Assembly: GCA_963733095.1 (NCBI GenBank) | Contig: CAVTBV010000012.1 | Span: forward strand, 224,001 to 288,000 | Direction of reading: 5' to 3' | DNA length: 64,000 nt | From: Candidatus Bathyarchaeota archaeon | Lineage (GTDB): Archaea; Thermoproteota; Bathyarchaeia; Bathyarchaeales; Bathycorpusculaceae | In this document: positions 37,671 to 47,992 of the stretch, in pieces | Layout: the number at the start of each line of letters is the position of its first letter | Numbering within the stretch: the first letter of the stretch is position 1 | Made by a program: the position numbers and the translations under genes | Notes under the pieces: generated by a model | What the model saw: the letters and a program-made list of their open reading frames with translations, nothing else | Databases searched by the model: none | Told to the model about the DNA's origin: nothing

Positions 37671-40400
37671 TTAAGCCCCAAGGAAACTTTCAAGCCTTGT
37701 TAACCCAATAATTTCCTCAAAATTCAAGCCCAAAGCATCCAAAACCTGGTCAAAGGTCGATTGTAAATACGCGATGTACTTGTCAACGTCTACTTCATTT
37801 CTTGAGGCTAACTCGACGGGTTTTACGCGGTCTTTGTTACTATTAACTTTAACAAAGCTAATGAGGTCGCCTGCGCGAAGTTCCTTTCCGCTTGCCTGCA
37901 AAATCTTGGCGGCTTTCACATGCTGCGGCGTCGTTTTGGTGTAACTCGCAACCTCATCGCCCAGCACAACGTGGAAGGCAAGGTCGCTCATTTCACCCCA
38001 TTCTCGGCGTTTGAGGATGTTGTAGCGTTCGCGAACGATAGCAGCGATATCTTTTCTTGCTTTTTCGAAGTCTTCAGGATTCTTAACTTTTGCAAGCCGC
38101 TCTTTCATCTGGTTGAAGGCGTCTTTTATGAATATGGGGATGTGTTTTTTCTTGCCAGTTAACCCTTTAACGTCGACGGTGCCGTCCTCGAGAACTCCGA
38201 GGTAGTTCTTTTTGCGGGAACTAAACACTGCGTACCGGTAGGTTTTTTCCATGTCGATGCCCATGTTTAGCTCGTGTTCGGTGTAGCGGATGACTTCTTC
38301 AATTTGTTCTTTAGTGGGGTTTTTGAGGAAAAGGCTATCTGTGTCACCGTAGAGAACCTTGACGCCTACTGTTTCGGCATGCTTTAAGATTTGAGTGATG
38401 GAGTATCTTCCGATGGCTGCTGTTGCTTCTGCCACTGGTGGGCAATAGAGGTCAAAGCTGTCAGCTCCAAAAACTCCGTAACTGGCGTTCAAAATGACTT
38501 TAAGCGCACCCTGAGCGATACTGTACCAACTGCGCAACTCAGGCGGCAGGGTTTTATCTTTGGCGCGACTTTTGTACCATCGGACACGCAAATCGCGCAG
38601 GGAACCGATGAGAAGACTTTCGAGCGCTCGTTTTTCTGTGCAGACCCAATGTGGTGTATCAGGGATCATGTGTCCTTTACAATTAGGGTGGCTACAGCAT
38701 ATGGATTGGTACCCAAGATTCCAAACTTTAATGATAGAGGGGTACAGACTCGGAAAATCCATAACCGCTACGTTAAAGTGCACGCCGGGCGTCGGCTCAA
38801 CTACGATGGCGCCCTTGTATTTTTTGCCCTTAATTACGGCGGTTGAGGTGGTTTTGCCTTTCTTAGTCAGGATATCTTCGGCGTTTGGGATAAGGTAGTT
38901 ACGTTTGCGGTGTTCGCGGTGCATGAAGTTGCGTATCCAGCGGCTCACACCCTGTCGGCTAACGTCTTCCATGGGCATGCTGCTTATGCGGGCAAGGACC
39001 AGAATGAGTTTCATTGCAGAATCATTATCAAAACTTGTCAGCTTGTAGGTTATTTCTGAATCTCTCAGGCAATATGCTGCAAGTTCGCTGTAGTTGAGGT
39101 CGCCGAAGGCTTTTTCAAGGTGCATTTTTTGTGTGCCGATTAAGGCGGTGCCGACGTCGTCTAGACTGACGTCTTTGTAGCGGTTGCCGTATGCGTAGAT
39201 TTGTACGCTGCGGTTGAAGAAGAACTTGTAGAGGTCAATGTGTACACCGTACCGAAGGAGGCAGACTCGCTTACCGATTTCTATTGGGATATCGCGTTTG
39301 CTAAAGCCCAAGTTTGCAGCCCGATGGGCTAGGTATCTGAGGTCAAAGTCGTCGCCGTTAAACGTTAAGATGAAGGGATAATCGTATAGGACATCGAAAA
39401 CTTTTCTGAGTAACTCCTCTTCAGTTTCGCAGTACTCTACGTCGATGCCTGATGTCAAGGCGGCGTCGCCCCTTTGCATTCCTTCGCGCTTAAGAACAAG
39501 CACCTTTTTTTCTCCGTCGGAACTGTACACTGAGCATGCAATTACCGGGCAGGCACCTTCACGCGCGTCAGGAACTCTTGTGGAGAGAGGCGAGTAAACT
39601 TCTATGTCTATGGCTGCCCGACGGAACTTTGGGGCAGGGTACTCGAGAAGTTTAGCCCACATCTCAGCATAATCGCGTTCCTCGGCGCTGCATTCTTGGA
39701 AGAGGCTCTTGATCTTGTTGAGGTTCTCGGTTGCTTCTTCAAGCACTTTAGGCACAAGGTTGCCGTCCTTCACCTCATAGATCATGCCTGGCAAAAGTTT
39801 TTGGTCGTAGATGTAGGTTTGGTAGTATTTTATTTTTGATTCCCAAACTTTAGTGTCACTGTCATGAATTCCACATCCGAAAACCCGCGGGTAATCTTCA
39901 GGAATAATGTCTCTGATAGTGCCTGCTGGTCTTCCGCCAATGGCTAAAGGGTCTTTAGCTATGATTTTAGTTACTTTGACGTTTTCGTTCTTTAAAGGAT
40001 CAAACTTTATTTCTTCCACAAAACTGTCAAAGCCCTCATGATTTACGATGCGACCGAATCTCTTCAAATCACCCGTAGACAAGTTGGTTAGACAATAAGG
40101 TTTGTGACCCGTGTTATCATACCAGAAATAAAGGTTTCCAGAGACAGGCTCATAGAGTTTAACCACCACCTTCTTTTGGCGCCCATCATAGAAGGCCGAG
40201 ACAAAGTAGGAGGGAGGCAGGTTTGGCGGGGCGATTGGGGGGAACGGTTGTCTCGGTCTTTTTTTGGGCTCGATAACTTGAACTTCTTGCACTTCGCTTG
40301 GTGTGAGTTCGGCTGGCGCTTGCGCTTTAGCCTCCTCTGTAACAGGCGGCTTAGGTTGTTCGCTTATGCAGAAATCTAAGAGAGTACGCGCCATCCCCAT
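37671..40400 (-). CDS. polB1: Family B DNA polymerase (PolB1-type)
   Basis: DIEV, FNGDDFD, DFPSLYPS, KVILNASYG, YGDTDS, KKNY; TACK PolB1-type N-terminus. Confidence 0.93.
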   Translation of the reverse strand: MGMARTLLDFCISEQPKPPVTEEAKAQAPAELTPSEVQEVQVIEPKKRPRQPFPPIAPPNLPPSYFVSAFYDGRQKKVVVKLYEPVSGNLYFWYDNTGHKPYCLTNLSTGDLKRFGRIVNHEGFDSFVEEIKFDPLKNENVKVTKIIAKDPLAIGGRPAGTIRDIIPEDYPRVFGCGIHDSDTKVWESKIKYYQTYIYDQKLLPGMIYEVKDGNLVPKVLEEATENLNKIKSLFQECSAEERDYAEMWAKLLEYPAPKFRRAAIDIEVYSPLSTRVPDAREGACPVIACSVYSSDGEKKVLVLKREGMQRGDAALTSGIDVEYCETEEELLRKVFDVLYDYPFILTFNGDDFDLRYLAHRAANLGFSKRDIPIEIGKRVCLLRYGVHIDLYKFFFNRSVQIYAYGNRYKDVSLDDVGTALIGTQKMHLEKAFGDLNYSELAAYCLRDSEITYKLTSFDNDSAMKLILVLARISSMPMEDVSRQGVSRWIRNFMHREHRKRNYLIPNAEDILTKKGKTTSTAVIKGKKYKGAIVVEPTPGVHFNVAVMDFPSLYPSIIKVWNLGYQSICCSHPNCKGHMIPDTPHWVCTEKRALESLLIGSLRDLRVRWYKSRAKDKTLPPELRSWYSIAQGALKVILNASYGVFGADSFDLYCPPVAEATAAIGRYSITQILKHAETVGVKVLYGDTDSLFLKNPTKEQIEEVIRYTEHELNMGIDMEKTYRYAVFSSRKKNYLGVLEDGTVDVKGLTGKKKHIPIFIKDAFNQMKERLAKVKNPEDFEKARKDIAAIVRERYNILKRREWGEMSDLAFHVVLGDEVASYTKTTPQHVKAAKILQASGKELRAGDLISFVKVNSNKDRVKPVELASRNEVDVDKYIAYLQSTFDQVLDALGLNFEEIIGLTRLESFLGA

Positions 40401-40507
40401 TTAACCTTAGCCAACTATGGTACAGGGAGACTAAAATGTTTAGTGACTAAAATCTAACAAAATAACCCTTGAGGTTTCTACATCAAAAACAGTGACAAAA
40501 AGAAAAA

Positions 40508-40651
40508 CTATGCATTGAGGAAGGTTTCATGCCTACTTCGAAGGTGGCTGTCTACTTCTTTTTTGGTGTCAAATATTTTTCCGCATTCAGAGCACATGTA
40601 TTGCCCAGCACGGGTTTGCGGAGTGCTTCTGCGTTTGACGATTTCCTTCAT
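40508..40651 (-). CDS. Stand-alone C2H2 zinc-finger protein (47 aa)
   Basis: YMCSECGKIFDTKKEVDSHLRSRH. Confidence 0.7.
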   Translation of the reverse strand: MKEIVKRRSTPQTRAGQYMCSECGKIFDTKKEVDSHLRSRHETFLNA

Positions 40652-40711
40652 TTTTCTCACTCTAATAAGAAATGGCGAAGGCCGCTTATGCTGGTGTGTG
40701 CGATAGTTTTG

Positions 40712-40866
40712 TTACGCACCTATTTCGTCTTCGTGTTGCTTTCCTTCCTCGATGAGTTTACGTACTCGTGGACCACCCTGTGCACCACCCAACCTTCCTT
40801 CCTCTTGACAGTCATCTTTCCTTTATTCGAGTCCGTGTTCTCGTTTCGATTTCGCCTTCTTGACAA
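40712..40866 (-). pseudogene. KGG/GsiB-like small stress protein with one frameshift
   Basis: KGKMTVK then, in a shifted frame, EEGRLGGAQGGPRVRKLIEEGKQHE. Confidence 0.45.
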
Positions 40867-40933
40867 AGACTGCACCCTTCCATAATTGATGGTTTATGGG
40901 ATGGTCTAGCATGGATGAATTACTCATAAGGAT

Positions 40934-42367
40934 ATGTGGCTGTTAACATGCAGTAACATAGCTGCCAGGTTTGAATTCTTATTAAGTTCCCCGTGTTTTC
41001 ATTGCTGTGAACCAGATTTGTTACGTGACGCTTGGACTGTTGCCCTAGAGACTCTCAGTTGGATAGAAATGCGCCGACTCAACGAGCGTTCAGCTTTGAT
41101 GCGGACGGTAAAACAGCTAGGCATCAAGGACCCAAGCGCTATACGTTTTGCTTACGGGTTAGTGATTGAAACAGAAAGAAGAAAAAACCTCATAGACAAA
41201 TTCATCAACGAAGTGGTTTCGCCCAAAAAAATCGGTGAGTACACCATGGGCCTACAGGCTTTTTTGCGACTCTACGTTTACCAGACGCGTGTCGTTAAAA
41301 ACTGGGAAAGAATCAGCCTAAAAGAAGCCGAAAGTATCGCAAGCATGGGCAGAGCCATACTAGGCTGGCAAACCATGCGCGAGGTAGAAGGGATTTTGGG
41401 CTTTTTACTTACCAAACAGTTGGCGCCAATCATCCAAGCAGCAAGCGACGTAGAGAAGGTTAGCCTGCATACTTTCCATCCCCAGTGGCTTGTGGAGTAC
41501 TGTTTTAAGCTCTTTGGAGAGAACGATGCCATCGCGTTCTTGAACGGTAGCATGACGCCGCCTCCCATCTACATCCGAGCCAACACCTTAGCCGCAATCG
41601 AAGAATCAACCCTGCAAAAACTCAAAGAAGAAGGGGTGGAACTGGAAAAAACCTCGTCGCTAAATTACACCTACAAGGTTTTATCATCCAAAAAACCGTT
41701 AAATGCTCTACCAAGCTACGCAGAAGGCTTATTCTATGTACAAGACAAAGCAAGCTGCTTTGCCACCCAAGCCGCCGCACCCAAACCCGGCAACACAGTG
41801 TTTGATGTTTGTGCTGCTCCAGGCGCCAAAACAACCTTCATAGCTCAACTAATGCAGAACCAAGGTGCAATTTACTCAGTCGATTTCTCGGCTAAACGCA
41901 TGAAAACATGGATAAAAGAGACACGCCGCATGGGCGCCAAAATTGCGGAACCTTTAGTTGCGGATGCCCGACTCTCAGTGCCGCTGCTGGGTAAAGCGGA
42001 CCTTCTGATTCTGGATCCGCCTTGCACCAGCACAGGTGTTTTTGCCAAGCAACCCTCGTCGAAGTGGCGTTTGAGCCCCAACTCGATTAGGAACATGTCG
42101 GAGCTTCAGTGGCAAATGATTAACAACGCTGCAGAAAAAGTCACCGCTGGCGGCATCTTAGCCTATTCAACCTGCAGCATAACCCTCGAAGAAAACGAAG
42201 GAATAATCGAGCGGTTCCTAAAAGAACACCCAGAATTCACTCTGATGGATATCGAACCCAAAATCGGTATGCCAGGACTAAATGGCTTAACCAAATGCCA
42301 ACGCCTCTACCCACACATCCACCAATGCAACGGCTTCTTCATAGCAAAACTACAAAAAACAAGCTAA
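40934..42367 (+). CDS. RsmB/NOP2 (Fmu/Sun) RNA m5C methyltransferase; true start probably ~41018
   Basis: VQDKAS, DVCAAPGAKT, LDPPCTSTG, YSTCS..EENE. Confidence 0.92.
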   Translation: MWLLTCSNIAARFEFLLSSPCFHCCEPDLLRDAWTVALETLSWIEMRRLNERSALMRTVKQLGIKDPSAIRFAYGLVIETERRKNLIDKFINEVVSPKKIGEYTMGLQAFLRLYVYQTRVVKNWERISLKEAESIASMGRAILGWQTMREVEGILGFLLTKQLAPIIQAASDVEKVSLHTFHPQWLVEYCFKLFGENDAIAFLNGSMTPPPIYIRANTLAAIEESTLQKLKEEGVELEKTSSLNYTYKVLSSKKPLNALPSYAEGLFYVQDKASCFATQAAAPKPGNTVFDVCAAPGAKTTFIAQLMQNQGAIYSVDFSAKRMKTWIKETRRMGAKIAEPLVADARLSVPLLGKADLLILDPPCTSTGVFAKQPSSKWRLSPNSIRNMSELQWQMINNAAEKVTAGGILAYSTCSITLEENEGIIERFLKEHPEFTLMDIEPKIGMPGLNGLTKCQRLYPHIHQCNGFFIAKLQKTS

Positions 42368-42435
42368 ATATCAGTTGCCAGTTGTAACAAACTAAAAAAC
42401 CTCCCTTGCTTATTTATCTATAAAGGTCTTTTTTT

Positions 42436-42651
42436 ATGCAAAATCCTAAATTAATCATATTTATCGTCTCGCTTGCAGGCGCAGTGGGCGGAATCTACTT
42501 TACCGCAATAGCAAACCCACCTGAAGATTTCCCGAATTGGATAGGATTGTTTGCAATCCTTGGAGTAATAGCTGCAAACCTGATATTTCTAGTAATATAC
42601 GAAATAGCAAAGACCACTGAGCCGCCCGAAAAAGCGTCAGAAATCGCTTAG
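42436..42651 (+). CDS. Small two-TM membrane protein
   Basis: Two hydrophobic segments. Confidence 0.5.
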   Translation: MQNPKLIIFIVSLAGAVGGIYFTAIANPPEDFPNWIGLFAILGVIAANLIFLVIYEIAKTTEPPEKASEIA

Positions 42652-43218
42652 AGTTCTTTGAGGGGTCTCTTTAATGAATAGTGGGTAAGTTATTTTTGTT
42701 CCTTCGATGTGAGCAAGTTCGTTGAGTTCGTGATTGATGGCGCTGTCTTTACTGATTATATGTTCGACTTTTACGTGGTGCACTACTAATGCGTCGGAGA
42801 GGAGGTTTCGGTGGCACCGCCAAGGCAGCGCTTCCGCACACATCAACACCAAACGGTTCTCCCTTGCCAACGCCACAATTTTCAGTAAATGAACGTTGAA
42901 TTCTGGGGTCTGCATATAGTCGGCATAACCGCGAAAGCCGCTGTTTTTCCATGCGGTGTTGATAGAATCGTGTTTGGGGTGACGTAAGCCGCCGATTTCG
43001 GGCATATAGATGTATTTTACGCCATAGTGTTTGAGGGTGTCTGGCAGGGTTTCCTTGTTGAATTGCGGGTTGTGTCTACTGCGGGGAACCGATCGCACAT
43101 CAACAAGCAAAGTTACGTCGTAGGCCTCAAGTAACTGGATGAATTCTTCGAGGGTTCGGGTTGAGTGCCCAATCGTTAGAACCACCGCTACTTCTGATGC
43201 TTTAGTCAAGTCGCTCAA
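42637..43218 (-). CDS. DUF488 family protein
   Basis: TIGHS, LVDVRSVPRSR, LMCAE..WRCHR. Confidence 0.88.
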   Translation of the reverse strand: MSDLTKASEVAVVLTIGHSTRTLEEFIQLLEAYDVTLLVDVRSVPRSRHNPQFNKETLPDTLKHYGVKYIYMPEIGGLRHPKHDSINTAWKNSGFRGYADYMQTPEFNVHLLKIVALARENRLVLMCAEALPWRCHRNLLSDALVVHHVKVEHIISKDSAINHELNELAHIEGTKITYPLFIKETPQRTLSDF

Positions 43219-43298
43219 CCCTCAAACATATTATGTTCGGTAAAATATAAGAATCCAAGCTTCCTGCCAACTAAAGCCAGTCAGATTTTTCCCCAACC

Positions 43299-43314
43299 TA
43301 TTAGGATCCTAATA
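43299..43314. other. Perfect 16-bp palindrome at the left edge of island 2
   Basis: TATTAGGATCCTAATA, located where composition turns AT-rich. Confidence 0.5.
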
Positions 43315-43535
43315 TCATATCATTGCAGAAACTATAGAGGGGATCTACTTCCCTAAAGAGGGTAGGTCGTATTAGCAGAAAACAAGCGCATTAGCAGGTT
43401 GAAAGCTGTACCGAAGAAATAGACATGACACAAACTCCGTAAACATCAAACCTTTGGTTTTGAGCAAATACATTAAATTTATTAGTGATAATACTCAGAG
43501 TATTGTTTATATTCAACTCTGAACAGTAATATCTA

Positions 43536-44675
43536 ATGAGAGAGATGATAAGTATGAATATCTTGGAAGAGCCAACGATCAAGGAATGGCTTAACAGTTT
43601 TAGCAAGCGAAGTACTTACAATCAATACAGTAGTAGAATAAAGAAATTCTTTGATGACATAGGCAAAACTCCACAAGACATTCAAGCGATGAATGTTAAA
43701 GACCTTAAAAATCTGGTCCTACAATATCAATCAGATCAGCGTAAACAAGGATTAACCAATAACAGCATTCTCGGTGAAATTACAACAATTAGAAGCTATT
43801 TAATCTCAATAGAGAAGCCTTTAGCTTTTAGAAGAGGTCAATTACTTAATCTCGAAGCTGACAACAGTAGCCATGTTTTCACCAACGGAGACCTTAAGAT
43901 GCTCTTTGAGGTTGGCAATACATTCGAGAAAGCTTTACTAGCTACTGCTGTTAGCGAAGGTTGGGAAATATCTGCATTCTTAGACCAAGACAGAGAGATT
44001 ATACAAAACAGAATAGCTCATGCCAAACAGAATAATGAGAAGTTTATTTTCTTCACTAACACAAGACAAAAAACAGGAGTAGCGAGATTCTGTGTTCTTA
44101 ACCCCTTAGCGATAGAGTGGTTAAGCAAATACTTGGAGACAAGGAAAGACAAGAGTGATAGATTATTCCCAATTACTCAAGATGGCGTACAAAAGATGCT
44201 TCAACGATTAGCTAAACAGTCAGGGCTAAAAACTACAGGGAACCTGAGATTTCACAATATTAGAAAGTGGCTCATGTCTCGATTAAGTAGATGTGGATTT
44301 AACGAGTTTCAAATTAAGTACTTAATGGGTAAAAGCATAGGGGTATCAGATGGCACTTACTTGCAGACGTTGCAGATAGAAATAGAAGAAAAGTATCCCA
44401 AGGTCTACAACGATTATCTTAACATCTATTTTCAAGGGACAGAAAGCAGCAAAGAACAGGTAAAGAAACTTAGTGAATTAGAATCTAAGTTTAATGACAT
44501 GCAAAAGGAAATGGAAAAGAAGTATCTCCATGCCGATTTAGTTTCGTATGCCTTAATTTCCACATTTAAAAAACGGAAACTATTACCAGAAGATTTCAAT
44601 GCAGAGGAATTTTTGTCTGAGTGGAAGCAACAAGAGGAAGAAGAACAATCACGACTTGACGAAGGGAATCAGTAG
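43536..44675 (+). CDS. Tyrosine recombinase/integrase with atypical box I
   Basis: SAM-like N-terminus, SEGWEISAFL (Arg position is Glu), RQKTG, LRFHNIRKW, LMGKS, DGTYL. Confidence 0.8.
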   Translation: MREMISMNILEEPTIKEWLNSFSKRSTYNQYSSRIKKFFDDIGKTPQDIQAMNVKDLKNLVLQYQSDQRKQGLTNNSILGEITTIRSYLISIEKPLAFRRGQLLNLEADNSSHVFTNGDLKMLFEVGNTFEKALLATAVSEGWEISAFLDQDREIIQNRIAHAKQNNEKFIFFTNTRQKTGVARFCVLNPLAIEWLSKYLETRKDKSDRLFPITQDGVQKMLQRLAKQSGLKTTGNLRFHNIRKWLMSRLSRCGFNEFQIKYLMGKSIGVSDGTYLQTLQIEIEEKYPKVYNDYLNIYFQGTESSKEQVKKLSELESKFNDMQKEMEKKYLHADLVSYALISTFKKRKLLPEDFNAEEFLSEWKQQEEEEQSRLDEGNQ

Positions 44676-44676
44676 A

Positions 44677-45027
44677 ATGGTAAACTTTGATAAGTTTAGT
44701 CTACTTTATAAGAAGAGGTCTAAAGAGCAGAAAGAAAAAGAGATCTCTGGGACATTCGAAACACCTAACAACATAACTGTTTTCGATCTTAGAAATGTGG
44801 AAGAAACTTTGACTCACGAAATAGAACACTCATTACTGTATGATCTAACAGTAAAAGTGGGATGTAATGAAAAAACAGCCAAGTTTGCTTATTTCTTTGT
44901 AAGTGACCCTTCCAATGGAGATCTAGACGCAATTAATGTTTCATTAGCCCTTGAAGGTGTACACTGGAAGAGAAGGCAGAAGATAATTAACACATTCAAA
45001 GTCTCACCTTTCAAGTTAGTATATTAG
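44677..45027 (+). CDS. Small HEXXH (zincin-like) protein
   Basis: TLTHEIEH; ATG immediately after integrase stop. Confidence 0.5.
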   Translation: MVNFDKFSLLYKKRSKEQKEKEISGTFETPNNITVFDLRNVEETLTHEIEHSLLYDLTVKVGCNEKTAKFAYFFVSDPSNGDLDAINVSLALEGVHWKRRQKIINTFKVSPFKLVY

Positions 45028-45895
45028 GATTATAACGTAACTGAAAAATCAGCTTCTATACTATTACTAGCACCTACTGTCCCTTCTCGTTTTGCTGATT
45101 GCTCTAAGGAACGGTGCTAGATTTTTATGCTAAAGGTAACTGTGGGAACTTCGACTTTACTACGACTTTATTCAATTACTATTCCATGCTAATTTTTGGA
45201 ACCTTATAAAATGATGCAATTAAGGTTAAGATTTCTTCACAAGCAGTTCTTACTATTGGATTAGAGATTTTCAAAGGTGTTAAGCATTCATTTCCCACCT
45301 CATTATTCAAGGTTGATTATGGATAATTATCTATCTTGGTATTGATACTACCTAATATCGAGATAGCAGGTATTGAAATATAAACTTAGTATTCGTCAAA
45401 GTTTCCTCATGAATTCTTTGAAGAGTGCCCACACGAATTATTTCATTGTGAAGAGAATTATTGTTATTTTGCCAATACGAACCTGAATTAGCCTCATCTC
45501 TATGGAAAGTATGTATGCTGTGAAACCCTAAAACTAAGTTATCCATCGAATAACCTCGAAGCACCAGCACTATTTAAACGATTTAAACAATTGTTCAATA
45601 GTCATACATCTTAATCGCTATAGTACTATACATATGTTCACTTTTTTAAATATTCATTCGATATCCAAAAACAATGCTCAATCGAACAGTGACGAAAATC
45701 CTACTATATAAAATAATAATTATACTTCATTGTACTTGATTAATAAAAATAGTCCTTTAGAATAGTGATTTTATTTGCTATATGGTAAAAAGGGTACCCA
45801 TCAAACTTGGGTTATATTATGAATTATTTCCCCTTACCCCAGAAGGTACCATACGCATCGGAGATATTTAGAATAATTTTCTCTCAGGGTTTTAA

Positions 45896-46348
45896 CTAGT
45901 CCTTCCAACCAATAACTTGTTTGGGTTCTTCTTTTTTTTCAATAGGAATATCTTGATAGCCTATCTCTTCTAGCTCAACATGCTCGATCTCTAAGTATCT
46001 TAACATAAACTCTACATTGTGATAGTAAGAGTAAATCAATCGTTTCCTGAATGTTCTCTTGTCTCCTTTAGCTCTAAGTTCTCTCTCTAGTTTCTTCCAA
46101 TGTCTTTTGTAGCCATTTAATTTACCAATATTGAGATAACTATTTTCATTCCAGTTAGTAATTTCCAATCCTATTACCACATAGATGTTTTCAGCTATCA
46201 TGTCGATGTTCTCGGGATCTGAGATATCAAAGACTGTAACCTTGTACCCTAACATCTCAAGCCATTTCTTGATTTTGTTAACCCTGACCTCTGCCTTCCT
46301 CAAATTCTCAGTGGGGTATTCATTATCAGAAGCATAACCACTTCTCAA
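45896..46348 (-). CDS. Hypothetical protein, possible PD-(D/E)xK fold
   Basis: LEMLGYKV...IDMIA...IGLEITN pattern. Confidence 0.45.
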   Translation of the reverse strand: MRSGYASDNEYPTENLRKAEVRVNKIKKWLEMLGYKVTVFDISDPENIDMIAENIYVVIGLEITNWNENSYLNIGKLNGYKRHWKKLERELRAKGDKRTFRKRLIYSYYHNVEFMLRYLEIEHVELEEIGYQDIPIEKKEEPKQVIGWKD

Positions 46349-46821
46349 AATAAATAACCCCTAAAAGAGCTTCTTCTTACTATAGGACTATTATAATTAA
46401 ATGGTATACACGTATGAATGATAAAATAATTCTTATTCAGTTTAGAAAAATATTGATAAACAGATTTACTAGATTTATGTTGTTCACACGATTTTAGGTT
46501 TAAACAATGATTTTTCATTTTAGACGACTCTTCTAATTCGACTCTAAGTAGCATGAAATCAATACAGGGTTGAGCTGGAGTCGAAGCAGCTTACCTGTAA
46601 TGAATCAGACTAATTAGTTACTTATTATATATGAACTAGACCTATTAATAATGTTTTCGAAGTAGCGTACACGATGTTACATTATGGAAAACATATGGGA
46701 TTTAGTACTAACTCGAAGAAACTCTTCGAAATATTGACCCTAATCCTTATTAACTACATACCTACCTAATATATTCCTATAAGAATATTCAGCTCATAAA
46801 TTATTCACGTTGGAATATTAA

Positions 46822-46974
46822 ATGATTGTTAACGAAGTAATAGAACCTGAGAAAATATCATGTAAATGTGGAAGTTCCCACATCATTAAGGCAGGAAAAC
46901 AGATCACGAGGCAAGGAAAACGTCAAAGATTTCTTTGTTGCTGTTGTGGTCGCATAATTCTAGAGGAGCAATAA
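46822..46974 (+). CDS. Small InsA-like Zn-ribbon protein (50 aa)
   Basis: CKCGSSHIIKAG...GKRQRFLCCCCGR. Confidence 0.55.
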   Translation: MIVNEVIEPEKISCKCGSSHIIKAGKQITRQGKRQRFLCCCCGRIILEEQ

Positions 46975-46976
46975 TT

Positions 46977-47363
46977 ATGGGTAGAAAAGCTCACTGGAAA
47001 GACGCTTCAGAAAAACAGTCAGCATATAGATCTAGAATAAAAGATAAAGCTGAAAAACTTAGACTGTTGAAACTTTCATTCGATGATTATCTCGATGAGC
47101 AGTTAAGCATAGAGGACTCAAAAAGACAAGACAGAAGTAAGTGTATTTGGGATGCCGAAATCGCTTATTCTGAAAAGCAAATCAAGATTAATTATTTAAA
47201 AGCGATAAACCATGAACCTTTAGATTTCGGTATGTCTTATGCAAGGTTTGTATACCTTAGCTCTAAAAATGCATGGATTTGCATAGGCGATAACTGCAAT
47301 ATTGTAAATTTTCGTTTTGAAGAAAAATGCATTGGTTGTGGGAGCAAGAATCATCATGCCTAA
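46977..47363 (+). CDS. Hypothetical protein with C-terminal RanBP2-type Zn finger
   Basis: N-terminal SEKQSAYRSR; WICIGDNCNIVNFRFEEKCIGC. Confidence 0.55.
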   Translation: MGRKAHWKDASEKQSAYRSRIKDKAEKLRLLKLSFDDYLDEQLSIEDSKRQDRSKCIWDAEIAYSEKQIKINYLKAINHEPLDFGMSYARFVYLSSKNAWICIGDNCNIVNFRFEEKCIGCGSKNHHA

Positions 47364-47508
47364 ATGCGAAAGGTGCAACGAATTGTTCATTCCAAGTAAG
47401 CATGCTGGTAAAAATCAGAAATATTGCAGCTATGTATGTTGTTCTAAAATGTGCCATAAAATACAGAGGGCAAGAAAAGATGAATATCAAATTTCATGTG
47501 GGATTTAA
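47356..47508 (+). CDS. Small Zn-finger protein
   Basis: MPKCERCNELF...QKYCSYVC. Confidence 0.5.
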   Translation: MPKCERCNELFIPSKHAGKNQKYCSYVCCSKMCHKIQRARKDEYQISCGI

Positions 47509-47510
47509 TT

Positions 47511-47843
47511 ATGGGTGAGAAACCAGTAACCGAAATTGAAGAACTTTTCTTCGATAAAGAAATACTTGAAAATGAACGCAAAAGAATCAATCAGAAAGTG
47601 ATGGATACTTATCTTGCAAGCATCGAGACAGCAATAGAGTCTATAGAGTTTTCAGCGAATTTGCTTGAAAAATCTCTCGGAATTATGAAGGTTAGGGCAG
47701 AACTTCAATTAGATGTGAATCAGCAAAAGAAAGTTCATTCAGCAATTAAATTGGTAGTCGATCACTTTAAAAAAATAATACATGATGCCGAATATACCAC
47801 TCTTTACCTAACTGAAAATAACAGTCATGAATATACTCGGTGA
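47511..47843 (+). CDS. Hypothetical protein
   Basis: Operonic ORF, helical. Confidence 0.45.
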   Translation: MGEKPVTEIEELFFDKEILENERKRINQKVMDTYLASIETAIESIEFSANLLEKSLGIMKVRAELQLDVNQQKKVHSAIKLVVDHFKKIIHDAEYTTLYLTENNSHEYTR

Positions 47844-47992
47844 TTCCTAAAATGTTGGAAAGAAAACTTTGTGAAATATCTTTTGAGAGAAGGCTAACAA
47901 GAGGAGAAAAAATTATGGAAGAAATGAGATATGATTCCAGAGAGTCTCTTAATTTTAATGAAGTAATTAGTCAAAAAGGAAGAAAGTAAAAT

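Noticed and set aside
37671-40400. PolB as the casposon polymerase
   Set aside because: Lies ~16 kb outside the TIRs among housekeeping genes and looks like cellular PolB1
45030-45890. Possible gene remnants or replication origin in an AT-rich gap
   Set aside because: Frames examined were interrupted and no iterons were seen; nothing supportable
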